The notes under the pieces were generated by a model, which saw only the letters and a program-made list of their open reading frames with translations, ran no database searches and was not told the DNA's origin. A DNA stretch of 63,844 nt, the filler included, from Dimargaris cristalligena (Eukaryota), in assembly GCA_003614675.1 (NCBI GenBank). It is 20 parts of 20 records of this genome, joined end to end, with 100 filler letters (N's around TTAATTAATTAA, not from the genome) between each part and the next. Parts side by side here need not be neighbours in the genome. Positions count along the whole stretch, not along the records: positions 60,778 to 63,844 come from ML004042.1; 19 more parts are not named here. One strand, 5' to 3'. Made by a program: the position numbers and the translations under genes. Below, in pieces: positions 62,534 to 63,844 of the stretch (its first letter is position 1; every line of letters begins with the position of its first letter).

Positions 62534-63844
62534 ATGTCTAGACGTAAAAGTAAGAGGGCCGGCAAGGCTGGCCTAGCTACCCCCAAGACAGTCCAAGCAC
62601 CGTCTTCCACCAAGCACATCGAAGGGGTCACCAAGCCCCGTAAGTTACGCTTCTCGCTGCCTGGCCCCGACTCCGAGACCCTATTAACTACCGCAGGACT
62701 TACTAAACCCGTCGATCCGACCCCTCTTCCGGAAGAGCCGGCCCCGGAATCCCCGTCTCGCCCCCCGGCCTCGCCGGAGGCCCCCTCAACAGCCGACCAT
62801 TCCCCCATTCCCGCTCCCACCATCGTCCGCCCCTTCTCCAACACCAAGGCGGCGGACCATACCGAAGAAGACCGTATCCAAAAAGCCATGAATGCGGCTG
62901 CAGCAGCCGACGACGGGGGCGACAGTGAAGCCTATGCTACCGACCAGGAGCCATTCGAGGCCCTGTGTGAAGACCCGGCCATGATCAGCCGTACACCCCG
63001 GCACCACGAGGCCTTGACTGGGGCCGGGGGTATACCCTTCAATTTCGATTTTAGTGCCCCCCGGTTCCGGGATTTTACGAAAGGAACCCCGGGTCCGGCC
63101 AATATGGCCGACTTGTGGTTTGATCGCCGGTTGGCCACCCCGTACACGGTGACCGCTCGACTGACCCGGTCCCAAACCGCCTCTGATCGGGCTGCTGATC
63201 CGGCGGTACAGCCACCCTCACCCGTAGCTACTCCGCTGGGCGGGTCGTTAGTGACCAACACGGCCGAGTCGCCGGAATCTCCTCTGGCGGCTTCTAGCTA
63301 CGCCGCGTCGGATGCGGGGACCGAATCCGTGCATTGGTCAGACACCGAAGGCCCAGCGTCCGAAGCTGAGGCGGATGCCGGCTTTTTCGGGGGTGGGAGC
63401 GATGAAGACTCTGATGACGCTGGGTCCGTCGCAGAAATGCTCTTTGATGATTACGACACGACTACCGCTATTAATGATCTAGACGAAAATGATAACGAGA
63501 GTGCGACTGAAGACTGCAGCTTAAAGCAGGCCCCTGTGAAATCGACCCCTAAACCCACTGTGCCACGCTCGGTTCGGTTTGCCCGCTTTGGACCGCCGAA
63601 TCGGGCTACCCCAGCATCCCACCTAAAAGTTCGCCTGGCTACGCCCGCGGCTGTTCCTAAATTAAAGCCCCTCCACTTGACGCCATTCCGTTCATTTGCT
63701 CCGGCTAATAATGACCCCCCGCACTCAATATCCTCCGATATCATGGCCTCCTCTGTGATCTCCTCCGACTTTGATTCACAGCTATCAACGCCTACCTCAA
63801 CGGCCCCTTCCACCCCTCCCACATCTCAGCGAGCCAATGTCAAC
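62534..63844 (+). CDS. TPX2-like microtubule-associated protein, 3' partial (absent from the ORF track because it has no stop)
   Basis: Open frame from MSRRKSKR to the window end. Contains FDFSAPRFRDF...ADLWFD (TPX2 Aurora-A-binding-like motif) and KPTVPRSVRF (TPX2-type TxPxxxxF repeat). Confidence 0.7.
   Translation, partial: MSRRKSKRAGKAGLATPKTVQAPSSTKHIEGVTKPRKLRFSLPGPDSETLLTTAGLTKPVDPTPLPEEPAPESPSRPPASPEAPSTADHSPIPAPTIVRPFSNTKAADHTEEDRIQKAMNAAAAADDGGDSEAYATDQEPFEALCEDPAMISRTPRHHEALTGAGGIPFNFDFSAPRFRDFTKGTPGPANMADLWFDRRLATPYTVTARLTRSQTASDRAADPAVQPPSPVATPLGGSLVTNTAESPESPLAASSYAASDAGTESVHWSDTEGPASEAEADAGFFGGGSDEDSDDAGSVAEMLFDDYDTTTAINDLDENDNESATEDCSLKQAPVKSTPKPTVPRSVRFARFGPPNRATPASHLKVRLATPAAVPKLKPLHLTPFRSFAPANNDPPHSISSDIMASSVISSDFDSQLSTPTSTAPSTPPTSQRANVN

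Noticed and set aside
62452-63822. Minus-strand ORFs in the ORF track
   Set aside because: Antisense shadows of the plus-strand TPX2-like frame.
1-63844. CRISPR arrays, rRNA, prokaryotic operons or defence systems
   Set aside because: None seen. The identifiable genes are eukaryotic, and several are spliced.

Overview
This is not one locus. It is 20 unrelated ~3.0-3.15 kb contigs joined by identical 100-bp artificial linkers (N44-TTAATTAATTAA-N44), so adjacency across linkers means nothing. The DNA is eukaryotic and fungal: GT-AG introns, CENP-O, LSM5, LIP2, a Heh1/Man1-like LEM protein, a TPR/Mlp1-like protein, Trs130, ADH5, an RS-cyclophilin and tRNA-Thr(UGU). An NRPS start, TPX2-like and TM-spastin-like genes suggest an early-diverging lineage, possibly Zoopagomycota such as Dimargaritales (inference only). 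Much of the non-genic DNA is repeat: a decayed Ty1/copia pol, a Ty3/gypsy element, five copies of a ~580-bp solo-LTR-like repeat, a small MITE family and other dispersed repeats. Main highlights: (1) a Ty3/gypsy element with a five-motif dUTPase between Gag (CCHC) and the protease, a betaretrovirus-like order; (2) strong repeat-specific C-to-T decay at CpG and CpA; (3) an inositol polyphosphate kinase with an in-frame signal-peptide-like leader; (4) a TPX2-like protein with an Aurora-A-binding motif; (5) a contig with 25-bp identical ends inside a small repeat that truncates the TPR/Mlp1-like gene.
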